IMG/VR virus record: IMGVR_UViG_3300042296_000700
Coordinates: 32,001 to 96,000 of that record
Length of the DNA: 64,000 nt
DNA from: a virus
Direction: 5' to 3' (one strand)
In this document: positions 7,575-16,108 of the stretch, one piece after another
Layout: every line of letters begins with the position of its first letter
Numbering within the stretch: position 1 is the stretch's first letter
The notes under the pieces: model-generated
What the model was told of the DNA's origin: nothing
The model's database searches: none
The model's input: the letters and a program-made list of their open reading frames with translations, nothing else
Position numbers and translations under genes: made by a program

Positions 7575-9775
7575 CAGTTGAACCTTAGACGGCAACGACA
7601 GTTAATTGTGAGACTTGGTGGGGCAAGGGGGTCACCAGGGAAACGCAGGACTGAGTCATTCAACACAAATCCGTCCCCAAGAGGCACGCTTTTGCCATGA
7701 AGCAGACGGTGCTCGGTGCGAACGGCAGAATCCTTACGCGTTACCCATGTTTTCTCTGTAGCGCCAAGACGCTTACCAGTGAAGTAAATACCAGCATTAT
7801 GTGATGTCTGTGCTTCAAGTTCAGCAATGACTCGCTTCCTCTTGCCAAGCAAATTCACGAATATTGCCGTGAGTGCTGCACGCAATAATCCAATTCTGTC
7901 TTCGTCATCACCAAGCGCCATAGCAATCAAAATTGCTGCTGCAACTTCTTCCTTGGTCGTGCTGTTTGATTTCTTCATCCGTTCAATTTGCTCATCAACG
8001 GTTTTTTCAACATCTGCTTCTTCAACATCTGCAGGCATGTTTGCTTGTTGAGCGCCAGAAGTTACGCCTTCCATGGCGATTGCTTTCAGCACAGGTCGGA
8101 TGTCGTCTTCAAGTTGCTTGTTCCAAGTTGCTTCATCAAAGATTGTGTCAACATCTAATTTCTTGGTTGAAACTGCTTTGCGAGCCTTTGAGCCAGATGC
8201 TTTTTCCAATACGACACGTTGCTGACGCTCATAGACACGCTCTAGGGCGCGTTCAAGAATGTCAGTCCATCGGTCAGTATCTTGTTCTGCCTTTGTATCA
8301 AAATCGTCATACATGTATGAAATGTCTTGTGACTTAACTTCAATGCCACCCATGTTTGCCGAAAGTTGTCCTTCTGGCGGTGGAGGGGTTGCTGTTTCAG
8401 GACTGGTAGGTGCCGCTGCTTCTGGTGCAGGAAGAGCCTCTGGAGCGGGTGGTGATGTTTGAGGAAGACCTTGCTGAGGCATGCCCGCTTGACCAGTGGG
8501 GTCTTGCGCAACTCCAACCATATCAACTGGTTGTTGTTCGTCTGCCTTGAACGGCTTCTCCGTATTTGCAATCGGTGTGAGGTTAGGGTTAGACAGCAGA
8601 CTATCCGCAAGTTCGGAATCAACCTTTTTCTTACCTGTTCCATCACGATATTCGTTAACACTGATGAGACCTTGCTGGTACTCGTCCATGAGGTAACGTG
8701 CGCGTTCCTGTTTTGCAATAATCAGAATTGGGACACTACTGGTATCAAAATCAATGTAATATTTTTCGTCTAGTTCATCAAATGCGCGAGCAAGTGGTTC
8801 TAGGTGAGGGAGCATTGTCTCCATCCAGAACACACGAATTTCTTCCGATGCGTTAGAGAACGTTCGTCCTGCAGCGTTACCAATAACGGATTCAGGAACA
8901 CCAAAGGAAGCAAGAATTTCTTCTTTCTGAATTTGGCGCATTTGCGTATATGCAGCATCGCGTGGAGAAGCGGACGTGTCCACGAAGTCAACGCCATCAT
9001 CTGACGAAATAACAGTAGTTGCGCCAGTGCGACTCAAGTTTCCGCGGAACCTGTTCCGAAGTTCCTCTTTGTCGTCGTCTTCCATTTCTCCACGAACAAC
9101 AAGTAAGCCACCGGGGCGACCGTCGTTTAGGAGGTAGTTGCGATTATAAAGTTTTGAGAGATTTTCAAGTTCAATTGCGATTCCAGCAGACTCCATTGGA
9201 GTGATGGAAAGATATGGGTCTAGCGGGTGTGGGCGACGAATCCAAACAACATCTTCGGGCTTGAGAATAACTTTTGTGCCGTTTCGCATATCCACTTCGT
9301 ATCCAGAGATAAAAGTTTTCGGATGTGGAATTGGTGCTGTGTGCTGGGGCGGAAGAAGGTGGAGGGCAATTATCTCTCCGTTACGTCCTCTTACTTTTTC
9401 AACGAAAACGCCTCTGCTTGACATGAGGAGTTGTGCTGAGAGGCGATAGCGGAAAATAAAAGAGTTTTCGCCTTGGTTTGTTTTGGTATTAAAGATGTCA
9501 AGCAAAGAATTCTTTGACCTGACGATTTCCCCGTGCGGTGAATTGTCTTTGCGTAGAACCATTGGGAGGCGTGCTTGGTTGCCTGCGATGGCGTCAATGC
9601 ATCGGAAGACCCAAGTAACTTTTTGTGCACCTTCGCGATATGCGCGCTCAATGTCCCAATTGTCCTTGTATGGCTTATTTACCATTCCAGGGTTGAATGC
9701 AACTGGGGCACCTGCATTAAGAATGGACTTAGCGTCGCCTTGTTGAAGGTTTTTATTGCTCGTATTCCAACTCAT
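7574..9775 (-). CDS. Portal protein (HK97-like) fused to a C-terminal MuF/gpF-like minor head domain
   Basis: VFRCIDAIA, NDGRPGGLL, EEILASFGVPESVIG, GLISVNEYR; P/A-rich linker; C-terminal KTWVTRKDSAVRTEH..LHG...LRFPGDP...INCRC. Confidence 0.92.
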   Translation of the reverse strand: MSWNTSNKNLQQGDAKSILNAGAPVAFNPGMVNKPYKDNWDIERAYREGAQKVTWVFRCIDAIAGNQARLPMVLRKDNSPHGEIVRSKNSLLDIFNTKTNQGENSFIFRYRLSAQLLMSSRGVFVEKVRGRNGEIIALHLLPPQHTAPIPHPKTFISGYEVDMRNGTKVILKPEDVVWIRRPHPLDPYLSITPMESAGIAIELENLSKLYNRNYLLNDGRPGGLLVVRGEMEDDDKEELRNRFRGNLSRTGATTVISSDDGVDFVDTSASPRDAAYTQMRQIQKEEILASFGVPESVIGNAAGRTFSNASEEIRVFWMETMLPHLEPLARAFDELDEKYYIDFDTSSVPILIIAKQERARYLMDEYQQGLISVNEYRDGTGKKKVDSELADSLLSNPNLTPIANTEKPFKADEQQPVDMVGVAQDPTGQAGMPQQGLPQTSPPAPEALPAPEAAAPTSPETATPPPPEGQLSANMGGIEVKSQDISYMYDDFDTKAEQDTDRWTDILERALERVYERQQRVVLEKASGSKARKAVSTKKLDVDTIFDEATWNKQLEDDIRPVLKAIAMEGVTSGAQQANMPADVEEADVEKTVDEQIERMKKSNSTTKEEVAAAILIAMALGDDEDRIGLLRAALTAIFVNLLGKRKRVIAELEAQTSHNAGIYFTGKRLGATEKTWVTRKDSAVRTEHRLLHGKSVPLGDGFVLNDSVLRFPGDPLAPPSLTINCRCRLRFN

Positions 9776-9951
9776 TAGTCACGTCCCAACAAAAATCCGT
9801 ACAAACCTGAACATACCCCTAAGGAAACCAACCCGATGGGTGGTGCTATCATTGCTATACCTACAGACGTAAAAATTACAAAAGAAGCCATTAAACCGTG
9901 TGCAGCATTTGCTCTGGTTAAACGGGCGTTTAAGATTTTTGATAGTTTCAT
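9775..9951 (-). CDS. Small membrane protein upstream of portal (58 aa)
   Basis: Manual translation MKLSKILNARLTRANAAHGLMASFVIFTSVGIAMIAPPIGLVSLGVCSGLYGFLLGRD; two hydrophobic segments; TAATG coupling to portal. Confidence 0.75.
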   Translation of the reverse strand: MKLSKILNARLTRANAAHGLMASFVIFTSVGIAMIAPPIGLVSLGVCSGLYGFLLGRD

Positions 9952-9967
9952 GTAGATATCACCTTAG

Positions 9968-9997
9968 CGCAGTACTCTGCAATAATACAGTACTGCG
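9968..9997. promoter_or_regulatory. Inverted repeat in the divergent portal/terminase promoter region
   Basis: CGCAGTACT-N12-AGTACTGCG, perfect 9-bp arms within a 68-bp divergent intergenic gap. Confidence 0.5.
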
Positions 9998-10019
9998 AGT
10001 ACAGAATTGGGGCGAAGCA

Positions 10020-11324
10020 ATGACTGACTGGCAGAAAGTTCTTGAGTATTTACAACCAAAGGCGTCTCCTTATTGTCCTGAGGAACCTTCAATCACTCAA
10101 AAGGTTTTTTTAAGAACGAATGCTCTTGAGGGATTATTCGGTGGCGCTGCAGGTGGTGGCAAGAGTTCAGCCCTACTTATGTCTGCCATGCAGTTCGTGG
10201 ATGTGCCTAACTACTCTGCGATTCTTTTCCGTCGCACATACGCCGACCTTTCGTTGCCTGGTGCTTTGATGGACAGATTCAAGGACTGGATTGGTGGAGT
10301 GGAGGAAATCCACTGGAATGCCAATAGTTATGTAGCAACATTCCCTTCTGGTGCAAGAATTTCATTTGGCTATTTAAATAATACCAATGACTATTTACGC
10401 TATAAGGGTTCTGAGTTCCAATTTATTGGCATGGACGAGGTCACGGAAATTCGTGAATCTGACTATAGGTATATGTTCTCCCGCCTTCGTCGTCCCAACT
10501 CTGGGGCACTGTCTCAAGTTCCTCTCCGAATGAGGGCAGCATCCAACCCCGCCCCAAACTGGGTTAGGCAGAGATTTATTGTGGAGGGCAAGGAAACTGG
10601 GCGTATTTTTGTTCCTTCGCTTCTAACCGACAACCCTGGAATTGATGCTGACTCCTATCGTCAGGCGCTTCAGGCTCTTGACCCCGTAGAGCGTCGGCGT
10701 CTTGAATTGGGCGATTGGTGGTCAACGACCTTGGGAACACTGTTTGACCGTAACGATTTTGTAATAATTGACCAGCACGAAGTGCCAATTGTCACATCTG
10801 CTGCTCGCGCTGTCAGATTTTGGGACTTAGCAGCAACAGAACCGCACTCTGGCAACCTTGACCCCGACTGGACAGTCGGAACACTGATGCTATTTGACCA
10901 AGGAATTGGTTATGTCATGGATGTTCGCAAAATTAGGGCAAAAGGGGACAGAGTAGAACAACTGATTGCTCAAACCGCCGCCGAAGATGGTCATAGTGTT
11001 TCAATTCGGATAGAGCAAGAGCCTGGTTCTTCTGGTAAGGCACTAATAGACCAATATGCAAGATATGTAGTCCCAGGTTACGACCTCATTGGTTTACGAG
11101 CATCTGGCGACAAAGTAACAAGAGCACGACCATTCGCTGCCGCTGTAGCAAACGGAAACATCCGACTAGTTCGCGGTCCGTGGCTGACGGACTTCCTTGA
11201 CGAAATGTCTTCATTCCCAGAAGCATGCAACCACGATGACCAAGTTGACTCCTGCGTAGGCGCTTTCACATATTTAGCAGGCTTGGGGTTGCCTCAACGG
11301 CGAAGGGCTGCTATTCTCATCTGA
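10020..11324 (+). CDS. terL: Terminase large subunit
   Basis: Walker A GGAAGGGKS, Walker B FIGMDE, ASNP coupling motif, nuclease motifs FWDLA, PDWT, HDDQVD; start moved to ATG 10020. Confidence 0.95.
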   Translation: MTDWQKVLEYLQPKASPYCPEEPSITQKVFLRTNALEGLFGGAAGGGKSSALLMSAMQFVDVPNYSAILFRRTYADLSLPGALMDRFKDWIGGVEEIHWNANSYVATFPSGARISFGYLNNTNDYLRYKGSEFQFIGMDEVTEIRESDYRYMFSRLRRPNSGALSQVPLRMRAASNPAPNWVRQRFIVEGKETGRIFVPSLLTDNPGIDADSYRQALQALDPVERRRLELGDWWSTTLGTLFDRNDFVIIDQHEVPIVTSAARAVRFWDLAATEPHSGNLDPDWTVGTLMLFDQGIGYVMDVRKIRAKGDRVEQLIAQTAAEDGHSVSIRIEQEPGSSGKALIDQYARYVVPGYDLIGLRASGDKVTRARPFAAAVANGNIRLVRGPWLTDFLDEMSSFPEACNHDDQVDSCVGAFTYLAGLGLPQRRRAAILI

Positions 11325-11333
11325 CATAAACCA

Positions 11334-11344
11334 TACTGAAACCT
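11334..11344 (+). promoter_or_regulatory. TACTGAAACCT motif copy 2
   Basis: Lies in the 31-bp gap between terL and the recombination genes. Confidence 0.4.
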
Positions 11345-11355
11345 TGGAAGGTTAA

Positions 11356-11856
11356 ATGACTGACGTAGACCTAATGCTAAAAAACCTTATGGCTTCCTTG
11401 ATGGAAGCAGACAAACTGCTAAATGAATTTGCTGAAAGTAACCCTGACCTAAAAGATGTTGGCGTAACAGTTGTTGAACTCCATTCCCTCAAAGCGGCAA
11501 TGGGCGACATCTACTCAACTTTCTCCGCAAAAGCAGTCAAACTGTTTGAAGAAGCAGAAGTCATGGATATGTCTCTTGGCGAAAGTCGCATTGAGGTAAG
11601 AGGTGCAGCAGACCGAAAGCAATGGGAGCACCCACGACTCATGGCGGAAGTAGCAAGACGATTAGTCTTTGAATCAATTGACATGGAAACAGGCGAGATA
11701 ATGGTTTCGCCTGAGCAGTTAATTTTAAAGGTTTTGGATTTCGTTCAGCCTTCATACTGGCGAATCAAAGAACTCTCAAAAATAGGTATCAACGCAGACA
11801 AATTCTGCGAAGTTGGAGAACACAAAACAAACATTATTGTTAGAAAGGGCAAGTAA
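11356..11856 (+). CDS. Hypothetical protein associated with the recombination module
   Basis: 166-aa ORF with RBS, directly upstream of the annealing protein. Confidence 0.75.
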   Translation: MTDVDLMLKNLMASLMEADKLLNEFAESNPDLKDVGVTVVELHSLKAAMGDIYSTFSAKAVKLFEEAEVMDMSLGESRIEVRGAADRKQWEHPRLMAEVARRLVFESIDMETGEIMVSPEQLILKVLDFVQPSYWRIKELSKIGINADKFCEVGEHKTNIIVRKGK

Positions 11857-11861
11857 CAGAC

Positions 11862-12650
11862 ATGGCAACAGTAAAGAAAACTACTGCAGTAAACGAGGAC
11901 TCTTCCACTATTGGAGAGTATGAGATTCAGAGTGCTTTTGATTGGGCGAAGGAACGGGCACGCGCACGCGATGAACGCTCAAAACTATTAGTCCAAATGG
12001 GCAAAGAACTATCTGAACCATTCGCTCCCGAAGTTGAAAAAATACTCAAAAAGGGCGGAGCATCACTCACCTACATCCCTGTGAGCGAAGTAATCAATCG
12101 TCTCAATAAAGTATTTGGGATTGACGGGTGGAGTAGTGAGATTGTTAAATGTGAACGTGACCAACTTGACCCCGAGTTCATCGTTGCATGTGTACGACTC
12201 ACAGTGTCTGTTGATGGCGACCATTACGGAACTGTTTCAAAAGATGGTTACGGCGGACAGAAAATTAAGCGCATGAAAAATGGCGACATTGTTGACTTGG
12301 GTGACGAGTTCAAGGGCGCAGTTTCTGACGCACTCAAGAAAGCAGCACAGCAATTTGGTATCGGTCTTTACCTTGCAAGAAGCGAAGAGGCTCTCAGTCT
12401 TGATGAAGCGGAAGAAGTAGCAGCATCAGCACCTCAAGTGAGTGAGAAGTATCCTCAATTCAAAACCTTTTTGGACAAGTTCACTCCTGAGCAAAAAGGT
12501 GAAGTTAAGCAGTTTTGGACGAAGGTTAGCGATGGCAGACCAACACCGAAGCCACATGAATTCACTGACAAGGAATTGCAATCCCTTATTGCGGAATGTG
12601 TTCGCATTGAATTCGGGGGCATTACTTTAGATGAATCCCACAACGGATAA
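11862..12650 (+). CDS. Rad52/Rad22 (Sak-like) single-strand annealing protein
   Basis: LTYIPVSEVINRLNKVFGIDGWS...KDGYG...KGAVSDALKKAAQQFGIGLYL. Confidence 0.9.
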   Translation: MATVKKTTAVNEDSSTIGEYEIQSAFDWAKERARARDERSKLLVQMGKELSEPFAPEVEKILKKGGASLTYIPVSEVINRLNKVFGIDGWSSEIVKCERDQLDPEFIVACVRLTVSVDGDHYGTVSKDGYGGQKIKRMKNGDIVDLGDEFKGAVSDALKKAAQQFGIGLYLARSEEALSLDEAEEVAASAPQVSEKYPQFKTFLDKFTPEQKGEVKQFWTKVSDGRPTPKPHEFTDKELQSLIAECVRIEFGGITLDESHNG

Positions 12651-13410
12651 TTTACCTCTAATACCTCCGCCTCACTTATCGGCGTCTTCAATATCAACAT
12701 TTCAGCAATGCCCTCTGCGGTATAAGTATTCTCGCATTGACAATTTGCCTGAGCCACCATCGGTTGACTCATTAAGAGGCAACTTTGTGCATGATGTTCT
12801 TGAAAATGTTTACCGAGAAGAATCTGCGGTTCGGACACTGTCCACTGCTAGGGCGATTGCTAAAACAATTTGGGCAGACTATGAGGAACGGGCACACACT
12901 GTGGCTCGCTCCGAAGAAGCCATTAGGAGATTCAAAGCAACCGCATGGTATTGCATTGAAAATCTTTTCAACATGGAAGACCCAAAAAAATTAGAATTTG
13001 ATGGTCTTGAGGCTGAAATCAACCACGAAGTTAGTGGCGTTCGTGTTAAAGGATTCATTGACAGATGGAACCGTTCTGATGGAGGCATCGTAATTGGTGA
13101 CTACAAAACAGGAAAAACTCCAGCACCCAAATATGTAGACGACAAATTTTTCCAACTCCTTCTATACGGCGTAGTGCTTCGTGAACAGTTGAACGAAGAC
13201 ATCGTTGGCTTGGAGTTACTTTACATCAAAGACGGCGACCGCCTTAAGAAAACGCCAACAGAATTAGACATGCAAAATGTCCATGAAACTGTTGTAGAAA
13301 TAAAAAACAAAATTGATGCCCGATGTGTGACTGGTGAGTTTGAATACAAACCATCACGTCTATGCGACTGGTGTTCATTTAAACCAATATGCCCCCACTG
13401 GAGAAAATAA
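12631..13410 (+). CDS. PD-(D/E)XK RecB-family exonuclease with Cys cluster
   Basis: LSASSISTFQQCPLRY, RGNFVH, E...GFIDR...DYKTG, QLLLY, C-terminal CDWCSFKPICP. Confidence 0.9.
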   Translation: MNPTTDNLPLIPPPHLSASSISTFQQCPLRYKYSRIDNLPEPPSVDSLRGNFVHDVLENVYREESAVRTLSTARAIAKTIWADYEERAHTVARSEEAIRRFKATAWYCIENLFNMEDPKKLEFDGLEAEINHEVSGVRVKGFIDRWNRSDGGIVIGDYKTGKTPAPKYVDDKFFQLLLYGVVLREQLNEDIVGLELLYIKDGDRLKKTPTELDMQNVHETVVEIKNKIDARCVTGEFEYKPSRLCDWCSFKPICPHWRK

Positions 13411-13925
13411 TGAATGACGATACTTTTGCACGCGTAGTAGCCGAGGATGTGAAAAATCGTGCTAGTGATGCACAACGCGATTACTTGATGCTTCCTGAAA
13501 ACTGGAGCAAATGGCAACGTGCTCTAAAGACGCTTGAAGCAAACCTTGCTGACCAACTCGTAAGTATTCAAGAACACGAGATGGGGCAGATTGCCACATA
13601 TAAGGCTCTTGGTAAAGATGGCATCAAACTAGTTGCTGAGGCTGCTGCCGAATTTGAGAGCCGTCGCAAGAAGATTGAACGATTCAAATTCCACGTTACG
13701 AATCGCCTTGATGAGGTATCGCGCATGATTGCCATGGGGACTGATGCTGTTGATGAGCGACTCAAAACAGTGGACTTTTTACGCCGTGCTATTGAGCAAC
13801 ATCGGACAATGATGACATCGTATGACCTTGAACCAACACCAATTGATGTCGCATTATGGGCAACGCTTGATGGGCGCTGGGAGTTTGACAATCTCTCAGA
13901 AGACGACATTCTCGCATTTTCATGA
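13410..13925 (+). CDS. Hypothetical coiled-coil protein
   Basis: ATG 13410 overlaps the upstream stop; helical composition. Confidence 0.75.
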   Translation: MNDDTFARVVAEDVKNRASDAQRDYLMLPENWSKWQRALKTLEANLADQLVSIQEHEMGQIATYKALGKDGIKLVAEAAAEFESRRKKIERFKFHVTNRLDEVSRMIAMGTDAVDERLKTVDFLRRAIEQHRTMMTSYDLEPTPIDVALWATLDGRWEFDNLSEDDILAFS

Positions 13926-15085
13926 CTCGTCAACGGATGTTCTTGGACACTTCGTGCGTTGAAGCCGCTCGCGAACGGATGCGACATGTCTACGATACTT
14001 TTGACACTGTTTGCGTACAATTCTCGGGTGGTAAAGACTCAACCGCGATTCTTTATCTTGCAAAAGAAATCCATGAAGAAAGAAACCTTGGACCAGTCAA
14101 GGTAATTTTCAGGGATGAAGAAATGGTCAGCCCATTAGTTATTGACTTCATTATGAAGGTTCGCGACTATGACTGGGTAGACATGGAGTGGTATTGCTTG
14201 CCAGTTGGGCAAGAGGTCTGGGTTCTTGGGCGACGTGAATACTGTTTACTTTGGTCTCCAGAACGAGCAAAAAGAAACATGCTCATTCGTCAGATGCCAT
14301 CGTTTGCTATTCGTGCAGAACATTTTGGGATTGACCCATCACGCCCAATACCTGAAACCATTGACTTCTATACGATGCAAGGCAAAAAGGGTCGTACCGC
14401 TTTCATTACGGGCGTGCGGGCGAATGAGTCAATGATTCGTTATCGTTCCTGTGTTCAGAAACTCCACGAGAATTACATCAATATTCCTTTCAGGATGAAA
14501 AAGTCTGTACCCCTAAGGTTTGCTAAAGTCATTTATGACTGGACAACCGATGACGTTTTAAAGTTTATTACGGAGGAACATAATGGTGAATACTGTGAGT
14601 ATTACGATTTGGCGGCGATTACGGGAAGCAACACGCGCGTGGGCATTCCGCTACATGCAGTGGCGGCACGGCGCTTAGGTGACGTTGTTGCAACAGAGCC
14701 AGAGTTCTTTGACAGGCTCTACGAGTGTTACCCCCATGTGGATGCCCAGCGCCGCTGGTGGAGTGAGTTTAACGTTGAAGGATTAATCGCTCAATACGTT
14801 GATGACGGGTGGGAGGGTGTTCGTGATTGCATTGAAGACAATATGCTCACACCAGGAATACAGGGTGCTGCAATGAAGTTTGCTGGAGAATTCCGTCGCA
14901 AACAAGCAACTGACCCATTCGGCTACCCTCTTGATTCTTTAATCAGGACACTTTTGCTTAATGAGTTTCAGGTGACATCACCTAACCCAGTTGGTCCGAA
15001 AACACGGGCACACACGATACGAACTCTTGCTGCTCAGCAAGAACAAGACCAAAACGACCTAGACAGTTTGGATGATTTTAAATGA
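13922..15085 (+). CDS. PAPS-reductase family PP-loop protein (IbrA/YbdN-like)
   Basis: AARERMRHVYDTFD...FSGGKDS, FRDEE, GVRANES..RY, IYDWTTDDV. Confidence 0.88.
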   Translation: MTRQRMFLDTSCVEAARERMRHVYDTFDTVCVQFSGGKDSTAILYLAKEIHEERNLGPVKVIFRDEEMVSPLVIDFIMKVRDYDWVDMEWYCLPVGQEVWVLGRREYCLLWSPERAKRNMLIRQMPSFAIRAEHFGIDPSRPIPETIDFYTMQGKKGRTAFITGVRANESMIRYRSCVQKLHENYINIPFRMKKSVPLRFAKVIYDWTTDDVLKFITEEHNGEYCEYYDLAAITGSNTRVGIPLHAVAARRLGDVVATEPEFFDRLYECYPHVDAQRRWWSEFNVEGLIAQYVDDGWEGVRDCIEDNMLTPGIQGAAMKFAGEFRRKQATDPFGYPLDSLIRTLLLNEFQVTSPNPVGPKTRAHTIRTLAAQQEQDQNDLDSLDDFK

Positions 15086-15627
15086 ACATTATGGACGTGC
15101 CTGTAAATTCTATCAAGCCTGCCCCTTGGAGGGTTAATTACGTTTTGAAACCAGATATGCAATTGTTGAAAATTTCAATGATTGAGTATGGCTGGCTTCA
15201 GCCAATCATTGTTCGGGAGAGCACTGGCGAAATTATTGACGGTTTCCACAGGTGGTTAGTCGCGCAAGATAAAGATTTTTGGAAGAAGTACGGCGATGAT
15301 GTTCCCGTTATCTATAGAGATGTTGACAATATTGATGCGATGATTATGCACGTGCGCCTAAATAGGGCACGCGGTGACATTTTTGCCAAACCGTTCAGCA
15401 AACTTATTAGAACCATTGTCGTTTCTGACAAATATTCAACTGACGACGTGGCAGACATGCTAAATATGTCGGCAGACGAGTTTGACCTCATGGTTACGGG
15501 CGGACTCCTGAAACAACGCAAAATTCCGCAACACCAGTATTCAAAGGCATGGGTTCCCATTGAGGCACCGAGCAAAGACGAACTTGACAAGCGGATTATT
15601 GAGCGTCCACCTAATGCTGATAGATGA
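15082..15627 (+). CDS. ParB/Srx-like protein (IbrB/YbdM-like)
   Basis: SMIEYGWLQPIIV...IIDGFHRW...RLNRARG...SKAW; ATGA-type coupling to the IbrA-like gene. Confidence 0.88.
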   Translation: MNIMDVPVNSIKPAPWRVNYVLKPDMQLLKISMIEYGWLQPIIVRESTGEIIDGFHRWLVAQDKDFWKKYGDDVPVIYRDVDNIDAMIMHVRLNRARGDIFAKPFSKLIRTIVVSDKYSTDDVADMLNMSADEFDLMVTGGLLKQRKIPQHQYSKAWVPIEAPSKDELDKRIIERPPNADR

Positions 15628-15647
15628 TAAATGAAAGCGATTTAATG

Positions 15648-15656
15648 TGGTAATGT
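15648..15656 (+). promoter_or_regulatory. Candidate extended -10 (TGG-TAATGT)
   Basis: TGn+TAnnnT in the intergenic gap before GGAGG and the Arg-rich gene. Confidence 0.4.
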
Positions 15657-15686
15657 TGGTCAGACTCGCATTTGGAGGACTGGCTT

Positions 15687-16094
15687 ATGCCCACAAGCAA
15701 TTTAACAGAAGATGTTGAATTTTTAACTGATGTTGATACGCGTGGCGACGTTGTTCGTCGTGCCCGATTCATTCGTCGTCCTCGTCGTGTAGGCGGACGA
15801 AACGTACCAGGAAATGCACGTTACTACCGTCGCCGTCAGCGTGAATTACTCGCTGGCAGGCGCGCGGCACAGCGAGCCGAGCGCGGTGGAGCACGGGCTG
15901 CCGCTGCTGGTCGCGCTGCACGTTCTGCAGGAGGTCGCGCCGCTCGGGCACCACGCGGTGCTGGAGGAGCAGCCCCCGCAGGTGGTCAGCGTCGCGCAGG
16001 GTTACTGACTCGTATTCGCCGCACCATCAGAGATGCCGCACGACGCGTTCAGGCTAACCGCGCTAGAAAACGTCAAGCAGCAAACCGACGATAG
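15687..16094 (+). CDS. Arg/Ala/Gly-rich highly basic protein
   Basis: GGAGG RBS then ATG 15687; short acidic N-terminus followed by RRARFIRRPRR...YYRRRQR...RRAG. Confidence 0.75.
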   Translation: MPTSNLTEDVEFLTDVDTRGDVVRRARFIRRPRRVGGRNVPGNARYYRRRQRELLAGRRAAQRAERGGARAAAAGRAARSAGGRAARAPRGAGGAAPAGGQRRAGLLTRIRRTIRDAARRVQANRARKRQAANRR

Positions 16095-16108
16095 GGAGGT
16101 AACCAGCC

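Noticed and set aside
9900-10019. Longer terL start
   Set aside because: Would overlap the divergent membrane gene and promoter; ATG 10020 fits better.
12631-13410. Cas4-like nuclease suggesting CRISPR-Cas
   Set aside because: No array or other cas genes seen; pairing with a Rad52-like gene fits a recombination exonuclease.
15082-15627. ParB as a partition system
   Set aside because: No ParA or parS; coupling to the PP-loop gene matches IbrA/IbrB.
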